This document shows positions 46,923-58,516 of a stretch of 64,000 bases of DNA, piece by piece. The notes under the pieces are model-generated. The model was not told where the DNA came from. It made no database searches and was given only the letters and a program-made list of their open reading frames with translations. Made by a program: the position numbers and the translations under genes. The DNA comes from Amoebidium appalachense. Taxonomy: Eukaryota > Protista > Ichthyosporea. The stretch lies in assembly GCA_963693365.1 (NCBI GenBank), contig CAVNZM010000002.1, positions 1,621,915 through 1,685,914 of the forward strand. Reading direction: 5' to 3'. The first letter of the stretch is position 1. Every line of letters begins with the position of its first letter.

Positions 46923-48071
46923 CTAGTATGCATAGTTGTACTCCTGCTGGTGGTTGTTGCCGTAGCGGTTGCCGCCGTAGAGGTTGCCCACCCGGTAGCC
47001 ATCGTTGGCCCACCAGCCCTGGTCGTAGCCGCCCTCATAGGGCACCCCGTAGCGGAACCCCTGCCCGTACTCGCCGTCCATCTTGTCGTCGTACTGGTTG
47101 TGGCTGCGGCCGTAGCGGTTGGAGTAAGTGTCCTGCTTGCCGTACTCCTTGGTGTCCTTGGCGTACGTCTCCTGCTTGCCGTACACATGCATGTCCTTGG
47201 CCGGCTTGCCGTACGTGTCCTGCTTGCCGTACGTGTCCTGCTTGCCGTAAACGTCCTGCTTGCCGTAAACGTCCTGCTTGCCGTAAACGTCCTTGGAGGG
47301 CTTGCCGTACATGTCCTGCTTGCCGTACACGTCCTGCTTGCCGTACATGTCCTTGCCGTCCTGCTTGCCGTACGTGTCCTGCTTGCCGTAAACGTCCTGC
47401 TTGCCGTAAACGTCCTTGGAGGGCTTGCCGTACATGTCCTGCTTGCCGTACACGTCCTGCTTGCCGTACATGTCCTTGCCGTACGTGTCCTGCTTGCCGT
47501 ACGTGTTCTGGTTGCCGTACGTGTCCTTGTGGGGCTTGCCGTACATGTCCTGCTTGCCGTACATGCGGCCGTAGTCCTGGCCGTACGCCTCATAGTCACG
47601 GCCATAGTCCATCCCATATGCATAGCCGCGGATCTTGCCGTAGGAGTCCTGGCCGTACGACTCGTAGTCGCGGCCATGGTCCATCTTGCCGTAACCGCGG
47701 TTCTTGCCGTACGAGTCGTACTCCTGCTTGCCGTAGCTCTTCTTGCACACACAGCCCTTGCCGTGCTTTTTCTCCTTGCCGTACGAGTCGTACTCATCCT
47801 TGCCATAGGAATCGTGCTCCTGCTTTCCGTACGTGTCCTGCTTGCCGTACGTGTCCTGCTTGCCGTACGTGTCCTGCTTGCCGTACGTGTCCTCCTTTCC
47901 GTAGTTGTCCTTTGCGTGGTCGACCTTTCCCCCCTTGTGCTCTTCCTTCTTGTCGCCTCCATTCATGGTGGCCATAGTGCCCGTGGGCTTGGCCTCCTCG
48001 CCCATGGCATCCTGCACAAGGGCAAGGGCAGCCATGGCGGAAATGGCAACGCGCACGCTGACACCCTTCAT
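46923..48071 (-). CDS. Secreted Tyr-Gly-Lys repeat protein, 382 aa, (YGKQD[T/V/M])n; candidate wall or adhesive structural protein
   Basis: Single-exon ORF with signal-peptide-like MKGVSVRVAISAMAALALVQDAMG, about 31 YGK motifs (hand count), strong C/G third-position bias, an AAAC-ATG start context and an upstream TATA box. Confidence 0.85.
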   Translation of the reverse strand: MKGVSVRVAISAMAALALVQDAMGEEAKPTGTMATMNGGDKKEEHKGGKVDHAKDNYGKEDTYGKQDTYGKQDTYGKQDTYGKQEHDSYGKDEYDSYGKEKKHGKGCVCKKSYGKQEYDSYGKNRGYGKMDHGRDYESYGQDSYGKIRGYAYGMDYGRDYEAYGQDYGRMYGKQDMYGKPHKDTYGNQNTYGKQDTYGKDMYGKQDVYGKQDMYGKPSKDVYGKQDVYGKQDTYGKQDGKDMYGKQDVYGKQDMYGKPSKDVYGKQDVYGKQDVYGKQDTYGKQDTYGKPAKDMHVYGKQETYAKDTKEYGKQDTYSNRYGRSHNQYDDKMDGEYGQGFRYGVPYEGGYDQGWWANDGYRVGNLYGGNRYGNNHQQEYNYAY

Positions 48072-48199
48072 GTTTGTTGCTATTGGTGGGCTTGGTAGGT
48101 AAGATTGGGCAGGAAGAAATCGTATGACAGTGAGTCTGTGTGTTAGCAGTCACTGAAGAGTGTGTTGTTGGCACTGATATGAAAAGCTTTTCGCGTGCC

Positions 48200-48207
48200 T
48201 TTTTATA
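48200..48207 (-). promoter_or_regulatory. TATA box of the YGK-repeat gene
   Basis: The minus strand reads GGTATAAAAAGG about 130 bp upstream of the ATG. Confidence 0.55.
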
Positions 48208-49468
48208 CCTCTGCATGCGCTTGTGTCGCACGGACTGAGGTGTCACCGAGCTGCGGTGTCATCAACTTGGTGAGACAGTGGCACTTTTTTTTTGGGGGGG
48301 GGGGGGGGGGCACGACAACCCTATCAGCTCTGTGCTACGGTGTGACACTAGTGCAACAGGTATCACTGCCTACCTACCTTATGTACACTTACACTGCGGC
48401 TCATGTTTAGCTTCGCGGCGTTTCTGAACTTCACTGAATGTAAAAGTGTGAAAGGCGACCATTCAACATCATTGCTAAACTCAGCGCTGCATGCAGAGGC
48501 CTAAGCTCCTGCAGCCCAAGGGGCTCATCCTGAGGTTGAACAGAATCAATACGATAAACAAGTAGAAAAAGAAAACAAATCGTGGGGTGAATCTCATAAT
48601 TAGTGCCAAAACAAGTCACCCAGTGAGTGCAAATAAAATTACGCTGGCCTTGGACAGCTTTTTCCGCGCCTCCGCGCTTCCCGAGGCCAGTCAACTGTGC
48701 CACCCGCGGAGATCTAGGTATTCAGATCTATTTTTCCATATCATGACATATTGCACAAAATGATTGGTGAATAGAAATATGTTTTCTCCAATCAATAGCT
48801 TCCACATTATCAGCCAATCGCTGTATGCCACTCCTAGACATCCAGCATTCCAGAATCCAGAATCCAGGGTTAATTGCAATTTGCCAATTGCAAGCTTTGA
48901 TGTGCCCCAACTAAGAACTTGCAGGGAACGCTCCGTGTTATGCAGTACTGGGGTTGTCACTTCATATCCGTGCGTCCGTGTCGACGCCAGTGTTCACACC
49001 CACTATCCGAACTAATTATCCAGACGTGCCCGTTCGGACGCATATGTAATCATGTATACACATCATCCTAGTACACTCAAGGTCAATGCCCCTGCATAGG
49101 TGTACACGTCCCCATTTTCCCGCAAACCGGGAACCAAGGCGGCCAAGAGCCGTTCATGGACGTCACACACACACGGTGTCCTGGTCACTAACACAAACCT
49201 TTCGCATTGTCGATTTGTGATTCACAAGAAACATGTGTCGGTTGCGAGCTCTCGGCTGCTATCTCGATCCTGTCACTACCACATGTTTCATAGTGGGTGC
49301 CGTGCTGCGGCGCCTGAGGATCGCCTGTCATTTGTTTTCTGTCACGCGTTGCGTCGATTTGCCGAATATAACGAGGTACAATTCATCGACAGTATTTTCT
49401 TCACGAACTTATTATTATTGAATGCCTTCATGCACACTCCCCCCCCCCCCCCCTCCCCCCCCCCCCCC

Positions 49469-49512
<44 letters not shown>

Positions 49513-50128
49513 CCCCTCCCTCCCTCCCGGCAATTCCCCCTCCGTCTCCTCTTCTGCCCCCTTACCACCACCGTACCGGTACTGCCTCCACAAGCACCAC
49601 CTCCTCCCCCCCGTTTCCACCCCCCCTCCCCCACCCCCACCCCCAAAATCCCCCCCTCCCCCCAACACAAACACACACCGTCACTGCACCGCCAAAGAAT
49701 GCTCGAGTTAATGGTATAACTCAGCGGACTTTTGTTTTGCTGCTCTTACTGTTGTCTTCCCCCCCCCCCCCCTCCCCCCTTGCGGGCCCCCTCCCCCTCC
49801 ACCCCGCCCTCCACCCCCCTCGCATACAGGGGTGACTGTTGTGTTCAATACCCCCCCCCCCCCCCCCCAACCCCATACCCTCAATACTCCCCCTTCCCAT
49901 AGACTCCCCCCAAATGCCCCCAATACCCCCCTCCCCCCACTCCTCCTCCCCCGCCAGGGCACCCATTCGAACACACACACACACACACATACACACATAC
50001 ACACACACACACACACACTAGTTCCGACACCCCCCCCCCCCCCCCCCTCCCCCCCCCCCCCCCTCTCTCGTCCAAGAAAAGATTGCCTAATATTCACTTC
50101 GCTTAGCTAACCCACACCACATAGGCAT

Positions 50129-50162
<34 letters not shown>

Positions 50163-51038
50163 ACACACACACCGGCCGGCCGCACCCCTCCCTCCCTCCA
50201 CACACACATGCACACAATGCACAGACGTGGTTTCGTGGTTTCGCACCCATAACCATCCACACAAGGATTTATAACCAGCCAGACTTTGCAGCCTTGTGTG
50301 CTATCCGCACAGATATGATTCGATTTAACCCTGGTACTGAGGGAACTTGAAACGAAACAAGGCTCATGTATATATGTAGCATTTTTACTAAAGTTTATTT
50401 ATTTATTCCGATTTGTCCCCGGAGGAAGTGAGGACCCTCATAGGAACTGCCGTCTTCCACCAAGCACCAACTTCTGAATTAGCGTGCCGCAGTGTAGGGA
50501 GCACCACGCCCCCTAACCAAAACGTTCTAGTAAAATTTATACAAGAGCTCTCGTTAGTTCTACTACAACTTTAAAAGATGGTGGTGTGGTAATGTGGCAA
50601 GCTGCCTGCCAATTTTGTGTTGGTGCGTGCCGTGCAATATGGGTTTGTGTATCACTGCCGGGGGATGTCAGAATATTGTGATCGTTTAGTATGTGAGATG
50701 ACTGTCATTAATTTTTCTCTCTTGCCCAGAATGAAGGCAAATACTAAGTTACAGGCTATAGGATGCTGCCTACTTGATTATATGCAGGTGTGGGCTATTT
50801 TTTTTTACCCTCCCCTTAGGCAGCCCCTCCCCCCTCCCCCCCCAAACAGACCCCCCCCCCCCCCCCCCAAAAAAAAAAAAAAAAAAAAAAACCCCAGCCC
50901 CCCCCCCCCCCTCCCCCCTTCACACTAGGAAACGGAGAAAGAAAGACAGAAAGAAGTAAAAAAACATCGACTGTTCACTATCACACCGAATCCCCTTCAT
51001 ACATCTACATTCTCCGTTCTCCAGTGCCCCATGCCAAA

Positions 51039-51873
51039 TTAGGCAAGTACTGCCATAGTGCTCACCAGTGTTGCAGCCAGCAGGTGGGTGAGGGGTGACA
51101 GTTGGGTGGCAGAAGATCCTTTCGGTGCCGAAGGTTCAAGATAAATTTGGAAGGAAGTGGTGGCGGTCATCGCCTGGCAGCCGGATCCTGCAGTGAAGTC
51201 GGGCTGGTGTGGTTGATGTAAATTAGTGTTTTAAACAACAGCATAGGCACGTACAGGTAGATTGCATGCGATCAGAGACCAGAAGAAATAAACATACGTT
51301 TTACATATCCAGTAAATGTTCGCACCAAAACAAAGAAGGACTCGAAACGGCAGTACAGAATGACGATAGAACGGTACATGCGCACAGAACATAAATTAAA
51401 CAGTGTAGGGAGGGGGAGAGGAGGGAGGGAGACAGAGAGAGGGAGGTGATGGTTGGGATGAGAAGAGAGAGAGAGAGAGGGGGGGGGGGGGGGGGGGAGA
51501 GAGGCTGGAGGAAGGGAGGTGTGGTTCACGTGAACCGAGACTATGGGAAGAAGGGCGGAGGGGGGGTCGGAGAAGTGGATGGATGGGGCATACAGCCAGC
51601 ACGAATAAGACTTGGGGGTTAAATATATTAACTTTGCTAAATGTTATGTAATTGGCTCACGCCACTGCCCCGGGCGCACGATAACCCACCCCCCCCCCCC
51701 CCCCCCCCCTCCTCCCCCCTCCCCCTGCCCCCCTTGCGCCCTCCCCAACCACCCACCACCTCCTACCCACCCCAGGTGCACACCGATATTAGTACCTACG
51801 GACCACACCTAAACCTACACGTTTAACTACACATATACACCCAAGTGCGCGGGTGCGCACGTGCGCGCGCGCG

Positions 51874-51918
<45 letters not shown>

Positions 51919-52545
51919 ACACACACAGGCACACACACACACACGCACACACTGCTGCCACATAAATATGATGGCCGCAGCTCTAGGGTTTGCCCAAACC
52001 AAATGAGGACGTAAACACCGTCGGCAAGAACGACGTGGCCAAAAAGCACGCACCGTTGAATAAACAACAAAATATACACGTACACATGTGTTCACACATA
52101 CTGTCAAGCACACACACATCATGGGGAAAGCCCGAGAGTCTGCCCAGACCGAGTGACACCCTGAGGCATGACCACCTTGGCATGTTTGCACGCACTGAAT
52201 AAGCATTTCCGCTAATGAACCCTCCGTTAGAGTCCGTGTAAGATTACTACTTAAGATATGACGTGAAACCTAGGTTGGTTCATAGTTCCACTGCTTGCAC
52301 GAACACGAAGAATAACTGGGGTTTACCTTGTTGTTGCACACTTGGCAGATACTGTCCGTGCAGCTAACCCAGTCAACACCCCTTACAAAGAACGAGCCGC
52401 TTGAGATGGTGAAGCAGCCATCCAGATACGCCTTAGAAGGACCATGACAGTTTCCGCTGTCCTGAAAAATTTGTATTGCTGCCTCTGTCTGTGAGTTGCG
52501 GCCGAGGCCGAGCAACAAAAAGGTGGCGAGCAGTGTGGCATACAT
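51039..52545 (-). CDS. Small Cys-rich secreted protein with a GPI-anchor-like C-terminus, ~128 aa; exons 52327-52545, 52176-52194 (tentative micro-exon), 51039-51187
   Basis: Signal peptide MYATLLATFLLLGLGRNSQTEA; eight Cys in the spliced model (NCHG, GCF, SCTDSICQVCNNKCVQTCQGSGCQ); the last exon ends KGSSATQLSPLTHLLAATLVSTMAVLA*, a small-residue omega site followed by a hydrophobic tail. Confidence 0.65.
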
Positions 52546-53390
52546 GGCTGCAAGAACGTTGAAGCGGGCAGCAATGGCGAGGGAGGCGGGTTTCCTGCCA
52601 GTGATTGTATAAGGCGAGTGTAAAAGAAGAGTCAAAAACGTCCGAAACACTTCGATTTCTCGACGTTCGAATTGCTTCCCGTGAGCTTACTTCTCTAAAA
52701 AACTCAGCGAGTGATCCTAGCAGTTCGAGGAAAAATCTGTGGATAATTGGAACAACTGCGAACTGCAAAAAGAAAAATAGACAAAGAAAATGACTACCAT
52801 GACATGCACGTGGGCTAGTTTTTAATAGCCAAAAAAAAAAAAAAAAAAAAAAAAAGAACATACACCAAGCTGGTTTTCCGAACACTCAGTGTTTTCTTGT
52901 GACGAGCCTTTGCCTTTTTTGCGTTGGTTTAGTCTCCCTAGCGGCAAAGAAAGTGCCATGACGTGTTTTGATTGGTTTAGATAGCAATCGGGTGCGCGCT
53001 GAGCTAGGGAGACCGGTGCCATTGCAAGCACGGCCCGAGGCGCCTCGGATTCTGAACATGCAAGCTTAAGGCTTGTGCCTTTCAAAGTTTCATTTCAACA
53101 GAACCCACACCACGGCCATCTTGCTGTTCAAAATGGCCGTGGCGTGACTGCAATGAAGGGAAATTTCGAGTGGATTTTGAGTTGAAAAGCTGAGATGGAA
53201 AGAGGGGGAAAGGGAGAAGGGGGGGAGGGGGGAGGACGGGGTCGCCGGCCGTGGGCCCCGGTTAGGGGGATGGCACAAGTAATATTGGTCTTGCCCGGGG
53301 GGACTCCCCGGGCCCGGGGGTTCGTGGCGAGGCACGCAAGGGAGTGGGAGCCTCGGGGGGCGGGGCGGGGCGGGGCGGGGCGGGGCGGGG

Positions 53391-53437
<47 letters not shown>

Positions 53438-53884
53438 TACCATTCAGGGGGGCAGGAGGGAGATCTAGAAGGGGGTAGTGCATGCAGCATGTCTACAACG
53501 TTAACTATACGCACATGTGACTGAACTATCGAAACCACGGCCGTGATCGAAACCGCCCTGGAATGTTGTAGCTCTCAGGCTCCTCGTTCGAGGCACCCGG
53601 CCCTAATTAGAAGCCTTGCTTTGTTTCCCCCATCCGGCGTTGTGCATTTATAAATACTTTGAATATGTACCAGCACACCTGATCAATTTGACGTGCACAG
53701 TAATAATTGTGACTAGCAGTGTTTGCATTCATTTCAGTAGCCTTTGCTTATTAGATCATATGATACGTGTGAACGTTGTTCGAATTTGTGGGCATACAGT
53801 GTGCGTCCGCGTGCAAGATTGTCAAATGTTGTTCGTCGTGAGTTTGTACTTTTCCCTGCTTGGCTTGACTTGAAACTTGTAAGT

Positions 53885-54060
53885 CCCGACGTTTTTTTTC
53901 TTTCGACGTTTTTTTTCTTTCGCCCGACGTTTTTTTTCTTTCGCCCGACGTTTTTTTTTCTTTCGCCCGACGGTTTTTTTTTTCTTTCGCCCGACGTTTT
54001 TTTTTCTTTCACACGTTTTTTTTCTTTCACACACGTTTTTTTCTTTCACACGTTGTTTTT
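53885..54060 (+). repeat. Tandem ~20-bp monomers in the LINE 5' UTR
   Basis: About 9 units of CCCGACG-T(8-10)-CTTTCG grading into ACACG-Tn-CTTTC, followed by three TACTTAGGC motifs at ~54093-54137. Confidence 0.85.
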
Positions 54061-54164
54061 TTTCTTTCTTTTTTTTCTTTCTTTACTTTCTCTACTTAGG
54101 CATCGGCCTTTACTTAGGCATCCACCTCTACTTAGGCCCCTTGAGGGGCAGCTAGAACCCACCC

Positions 54165-55310
54165 ATGGCGTCTCAGGATGCATCCTTGTCCCCGGACCCT
54201 CCTGGGACACCGCCTGGGAGCCGCAAACGTGATACACGGGAAGGAGAATCCCCAGATAAGAGGCTAACTAAACTGAGCCGAGCGGAACAGGTTCCCTTTC
54301 CCGAGGTTAAAGCGCCACCGGCCGTGCCGCCAGCAAGTAGTTTTATTACGAAAGAACAACTGCACTTGATACCCGAGAAGGCTAGGAAAGCCGTGCTCAA
54401 ACTTATGGCGCATCATGAGCAGCTCCGCACCCAAGTCTCCGACTTAACAACCCAAGTAGCTGAGTATAAAGCCAAACAGGACCACACAGACCTCCTTGTT
54501 CAGCAAATGGAGACGCGCTTACGGCAGCTGGAAGCTGACCGGGCAACCCCCACCGGCCCTGCCCACGCGGGCCCGGCCCCTGCAGCACAGGCAACCCCCG
54601 ATGGGTTACCCACCCCCCCGGGGTCTCCCAAGTTCATACCCACAACGAATCCTAAGGTGTACCGCACTACGGTGGACGCCAAGACCGTGTACGTGTCCGA
54701 GAAAGTCAAAACGTATGCCGAGTCGGTGGCCCAGACCCACGGGGCTACCCAGGCTTTGGCAGCCCTTGCCGCAGCGTCAGCACTGCACCCAACCCGCCGC
54801 CCTCGGGTGGCGTCTGACCCTGCCCCTCAGGGTACCGACGAGTCCGAGTTGACCACTGCAGCCTTCACCATGGTGCCGGCCAACATCAGCACCATGCGTG
54901 ACCGTCTTTACACCCTCGGTGTCCTCAACCGAATGATTCCCGACATGCTCTTCATTGGCCGTCGCTACACAGTGTTCATTGTGCGTGCCGGCTACCGTGA
55001 TACCCTCATAAACATCATCCAACGTGCTACCGACGCCACCTTTCTCGCAGGCTTCGATCCTACGGCTCCCTACAACACCACACTTAACCGTGTTGATGCA
55101 GAGGCCGCTGCCCGGGCCTCTTGGCAACGCCGGGTGCTTGCAAGAATGGCCAACGCCCATGCATGGGCTGTCAAGGCAGCCACACTTTACCCGGCATACG
55201 ACAGCCGGGCCAAAACAGCAGCTGAGGTCCGTGCCTACTGGGAGGCTCAGCACGTGCAGGTCTTCAGCAAGCCCTACGACCCCACCGCCGCACCAGCCAA
55301 CTCCCAGTAA
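54165..55310 (+). CDS. LINE ORF1 (coiled coil plus putative RNA-binding domain), 381 aa
   Basis: Lies 2 nt before ORF2; heptad region (HEQLRTQVSDLTTQVAEYK...LRQLE), Pro-rich linker and a globular C-terminus (ISTMRDRLYTLGV...FDPTAP). Confidence 0.85.
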   Translation: MASQDASLSPDPPGTPPGSRKRDTREGESPDKRLTKLSRAEQVPFPEVKAPPAVPPASSFITKEQLHLIPEKARKAVLKLMAHHEQLRTQVSDLTTQVAEYKAKQDHTDLLVQQMETRLRQLEADRATPTGPAHAGPAPAAQATPDGLPTPPGSPKFIPTTNPKVYRTTVDAKTVYVSEKVKTYAESVAQTHGATQALAALAAASALHPTRRPRVASDPAPQGTDESELTTAAFTMVPANISTMRDRLYTLGVLNRMIPDMLFIGRRYTVFIVRAGYRDTLINIIQRATDATFLAGFDPTAPYNTTLNRVDAEAAARASWQRRVLARMANAHAWAVKAATLYPAYDSRAKTAAEVRAYWEAQHVQVFSKPYDPTAAPANSQ

Positions 55311-55312
55311 GC

Positions 55313-58300
55313 ATGCTCTCCTTTCTTTTCTGGAATGCTCGTAGTCTAAATAAGAGTAAAGCACAGTTTCTTCTTTCGTTACCCCAACAGGAGTTCCCGT
55401 TTATTGTTGTCGCAGAAACGTGGTGGCGAGACCACGCCACACTCCGTCGGTCTGGACGGCTCGTCGGCGAGTCTACTCAGCCTGTGGGCCACAAGCCTCA
55501 CTCCGGCATAGTGTTCATCGCCGCCTACCACTTTGTTAACCACTGTTCAGTTATAGCACGTACAATACACACACTCACCATCTCAGTTTGTGGCCATATA
55601 TGCACTTTTGTTTATTTTCCACCTAGCCTTCCACTTCTAGCACTTAAACACGAGCTTAACACCATCGCCTCACATAACCCCACACTAGTGTTAGGAGACT
55701 GTAATAGCCCGCTAACTACCACCCCACACCCCCTGCACGGCCACCCACAGGCCCTACTTAAACCCAACCACCCACGCACGCCAACCTTTCACACTTTTGT
55801 TACAGCCTTACGCCTTACTCTTCCATCTGTAGTACAAGAACACCGCACGGACTGGGGGGCAGCCTCTGGTCCTTGCACCCTACACATACACCACAACCTA
55901 CACCCCCCACCGTCAGACCACCTACCTATAGTCTTTCGCACTACACTTAGCCTTTCTACGCCGTCACCACAACACACTTACAGACTTAACGTACGCGAAC
56001 TTAAAAGCCAGCGCGGCCAAGCAGACACTCGCTTCTTTTTCGAGACGGTGCAACCGAGTCTATTATCGCTTGTGCGTGATGGACGCCAAACCCCACTACG
56101 CACCGACCAGACCTTCATCGATAGCGTCTGGTCTACAGTACGAGAAACCTTGTGGGACATAGGTGAATATGCCTGTTTAGGTGCCCAAGTTTACCCACAA
56201 GCACGAACTACACACACTCGCGGCCCTCGAGCGGAGGCTGCCTTACGTAAGCCTCTACCGTATCACATGCTATTGGGTAATATTCGGAAGATTGATCGCG
56301 GCGATCATTCGATTCGAATAACGGCCGACCCGTCATCCGACCCGGAATCTGCAACCGATTCCTTTTACGGCACCCTGTTTAAAAGTAACCCGACATGTAT
56401 GGCCACGGACCTGGGGCAGGCGCCCCCTCCTGTTTTTGTTCCACCCTCCGACACACCACCACCACCACACACGGCGTGGCCAGCGGGGCCGGCTGAGTTT
56501 GGGGCGGCATTGGGGGAACTTTTTACCCCAGATGCGGTATGGCAGTTAGTCTCCCGTTACCCGTCCCGCAAAGCGTGCGGGCCGGACGGCATCCCTATGG
56601 CACTACTTAAGGTACTCATCCCACCCCGACCCGAGAAAGACGAAAAGCGTGGCCCGCCGCCACCACTTACATGTATTCTTAGCGAGTTGTTTAGCTGGTA
56701 TTCTGATGTCGGTAAAGTGCCCTCGGAGTGGCTAGCCACCTTAGTGTTTCCCATCAAGAAAACGGTTGCACAGGGTCCCATCCACGAATTTCGCCCTATC
56801 ACCCTTACGTCCGTTTTTCGCCGATTATTCGAAAGTGGCCTTTTACAGGCCTTTTCCCATAACCCCACCCTTAAGCAGGCTTCCCAGCTGAGCCCTCTTC
56901 AGGCGGCGTTTCGGCATCGACACTCATGTTACGCACAAATCCTCACTCTACATAATGCAACTCAAAGTGATACCGAGCACCTCGTATTTATCGATTTTAA
57001 GAACGCGTACGACACGGTCGACCTCCCTCGTCTGTGGGCCAAGTTAGCCACTCGCGGTGTCCCATTCCAAATGGGTCGGCTACTGGAAGCTATGTTTACG
57101 TTTACACGCGGACGAGCGGTGGTTAATGGGCGGCTATCCCCAGGGTTTACCCGCACGCGCGGGGTACTTCAAGGGTCCCTGCTAAGTCCTCTTCTTTTCA
57201 ACCTGTATATTGATGATTTAGCCGACACTCTTTCTGCGGCACAAATTGACGGGGGGTTGCCATCCCAGGCTCCTCCCGCCCTCTTTTTTGCCGACGATAT
57301 TGTGCTTATGTCATCCGATCCTCTCGAACTACGACAATACATTCGTGTGGTTGAACATTGGTGCCAGCGCAACGATATGCAGATTAATGTCAAAAAGTGT
57401 GCCCTTTTATCAAAATCGATACCGGCATGGGACGACGTTTGTATTTTCGGCAGTCCCCTCCCTCGCCCAATCGAATACAAGTATTTGGGGATTCCGGTGG
57501 ACGAATGGGGCATATGTTTCAAACGGATGATCGACCGTCGGGTGGAGAGTGCAGGCAGGTGTCTTCGGTTATTTCGGGATGTGTATCTTGCTACTCTTTC
57601 TCATACTGTCCACCTATACAATCGTCTTAGTATATTTCGCACATATATTCGCCCTTTGTCGGAATACGGGTTGCCCTTACTAGCTATGGCACCCCCTGAT
57701 ACTGTTACTAATGTCCTCAAATCATTAGATGATTTCCATTACACAACTTGTTGTATGTTTCTCACTGGTCTTTCCACACCTATCCCTAGACGCCTTTTTG
57801 ATTCTCTCTACGCACTCACACCACCATCACAACGCGTACACGAATTAGCCCTTAAATTTCACGAGCACATCACCCGCCGTCCGCTTGTGCCCCGGACCAC
57901 CCGCTCTTCCGGCTACACGCATCCCCGCCGGATTCGCCCCTGTACCTCTTCCCTTCCCAATCGTCTCTGCCCATTGCCGAGCGCTATGTGGAATGGCTGG
58001 CGACCCCCCCCGGAGGTACGGCTAGATCATAGTGTGAATATGAATAGTTTCAAGTCTATGGCTGATAGATGTCTTTTTACTCTACGTGTTGAGTCCCTTC
58101 CGGTGTTAGGACCGCACAAACACCCACTACTAGTAGCCTATATGGCGGATACGGTTAGAGAGTCTCGTTCATACATAGATTCGTTTATTCGTAATGTGGT
58201 GTGGTGTAAAAACGCAAAGATGATTATGGCTTGGCGGTGTAATCGGTTTCTGGTGTCTCCTGCTCGTATGTGTAATATGTGTGGGGGGCGGTTTACTCGC

Positions 58301-58516
58301 GGCTGCATATCTATCAATAAATGCAACCTGTTAGCTAGTGTATTAGAACCGGAGGTTATTGGCGGTTTTATTCTCTTTTCCTCCTCTCTTCCTCAATATA
58401 TCCGTTTTAAGATGACTATCCTAGATCACCTTATTAATGCTGCACAGTATGATATTGTGATCCGGTGCCTTAACTTTCTGTCGGAGCTACCGATGCTAGC
58501 ATCTGCTTACCCATAA
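55313..58516 (+). CDS. LINE ORF2: AP endonuclease, reverse transcriptase and C-terminal Cys motif, 1067 aa
   Basis: APE motifs WNARSL, AETW, LGDCN, SDHLPI. RT motifs GPDGIP, FRPITL, QAAFR, FIDFKNAYDTV, GVLQGSLLSPLLFNLYIDDL, FFADD, YKYLG. C-terminal WRCN...CNMCGGRFTRGC. No RNase H domain seen. Confidence 0.96.
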   Translation: MLSFLFWNARSLNKSKAQFLLSLPQQEFPFIVVAETWWRDHATLRRSGRLVGESTQPVGHKPHSGIVFIAAYHFVNHCSVIARTIHTLTISVCGHICTFVYFPPSLPLLALKHELNTIASHNPTLVLGDCNSPLTTTPHPLHGHPQALLKPNHPRTPTFHTFVTALRLTLPSVVQEHRTDWGAASGPCTLHIHHNLHPPPSDHLPIVFRTTLSLSTPSPQHTYRLNVRELKSQRGQADTRFFFETVQPSLLSLVRDGRQTPLRTDQTFIDSVWSTVRETLWDIGEYACLGAQVYPQARTTHTRGPRAEAALRKPLPYHMLLGNIRKIDRGDHSIRITADPSSDPESATDSFYGTLFKSNPTCMATDLGQAPPPVFVPPSDTPPPPHTAWPAGPAEFGAALGELFTPDAVWQLVSRYPSRKACGPDGIPMALLKVLIPPRPEKDEKRGPPPPLTCILSELFSWYSDVGKVPSEWLATLVFPIKKTVAQGPIHEFRPITLTSVFRRLFESGLLQAFSHNPTLKQASQLSPLQAAFRHRHSCYAQILTLHNATQSDTEHLVFIDFKNAYDTVDLPRLWAKLATRGVPFQMGRLLEAMFTFTRGRAVVNGRLSPGFTRTRGVLQGSLLSPLLFNLYIDDLADTLSAAQIDGGLPSQAPPALFFADDIVLMSSDPLELRQYIRVVEHWCQRNDMQINVKKCALLSKSIPAWDDVCIFGSPLPRPIEYKYLGIPVDEWGICFKRMIDRRVESAGRCLRLFRDVYLATLSHTVHLYNRLSIFRTYIRPLSEYGLPLLAMAPPDTVTNVLKSLDDFHYTTCCMFLTGLSTPIPRRLFDSLYALTPPSQRVHELALKFHEHITRRPLVPRTTRSSGYTHPRRIRPCTSSLPNRLCPLPSAMWNGWRPPPEVRLDHSVNMNSFKSMADRCLFTLRVESLPVLGPHKHPLLVAYMADTVRESRSYIDSFIRNVVWCKNAKMIMAWRCNRFLVSPARMCNMCGGRFTRGCISINKCNLLASVLEPEVIGGFILFSSSLPQYIRFKMTILDHLINAAQYDIVIRCLNFLSELPMLASAYP

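Noticed and set aside
46737-48098. 453-aa hydrophobic antisense ORF (LLAVRV repeats) and two other open frames overlapping the YGK gene
   Set aside because: An 18-nt repeat with C/G-ending codons lacks stops in several frames. Only the minus-strand YGK frame has a signal peptide, a good start context and a TATA box.
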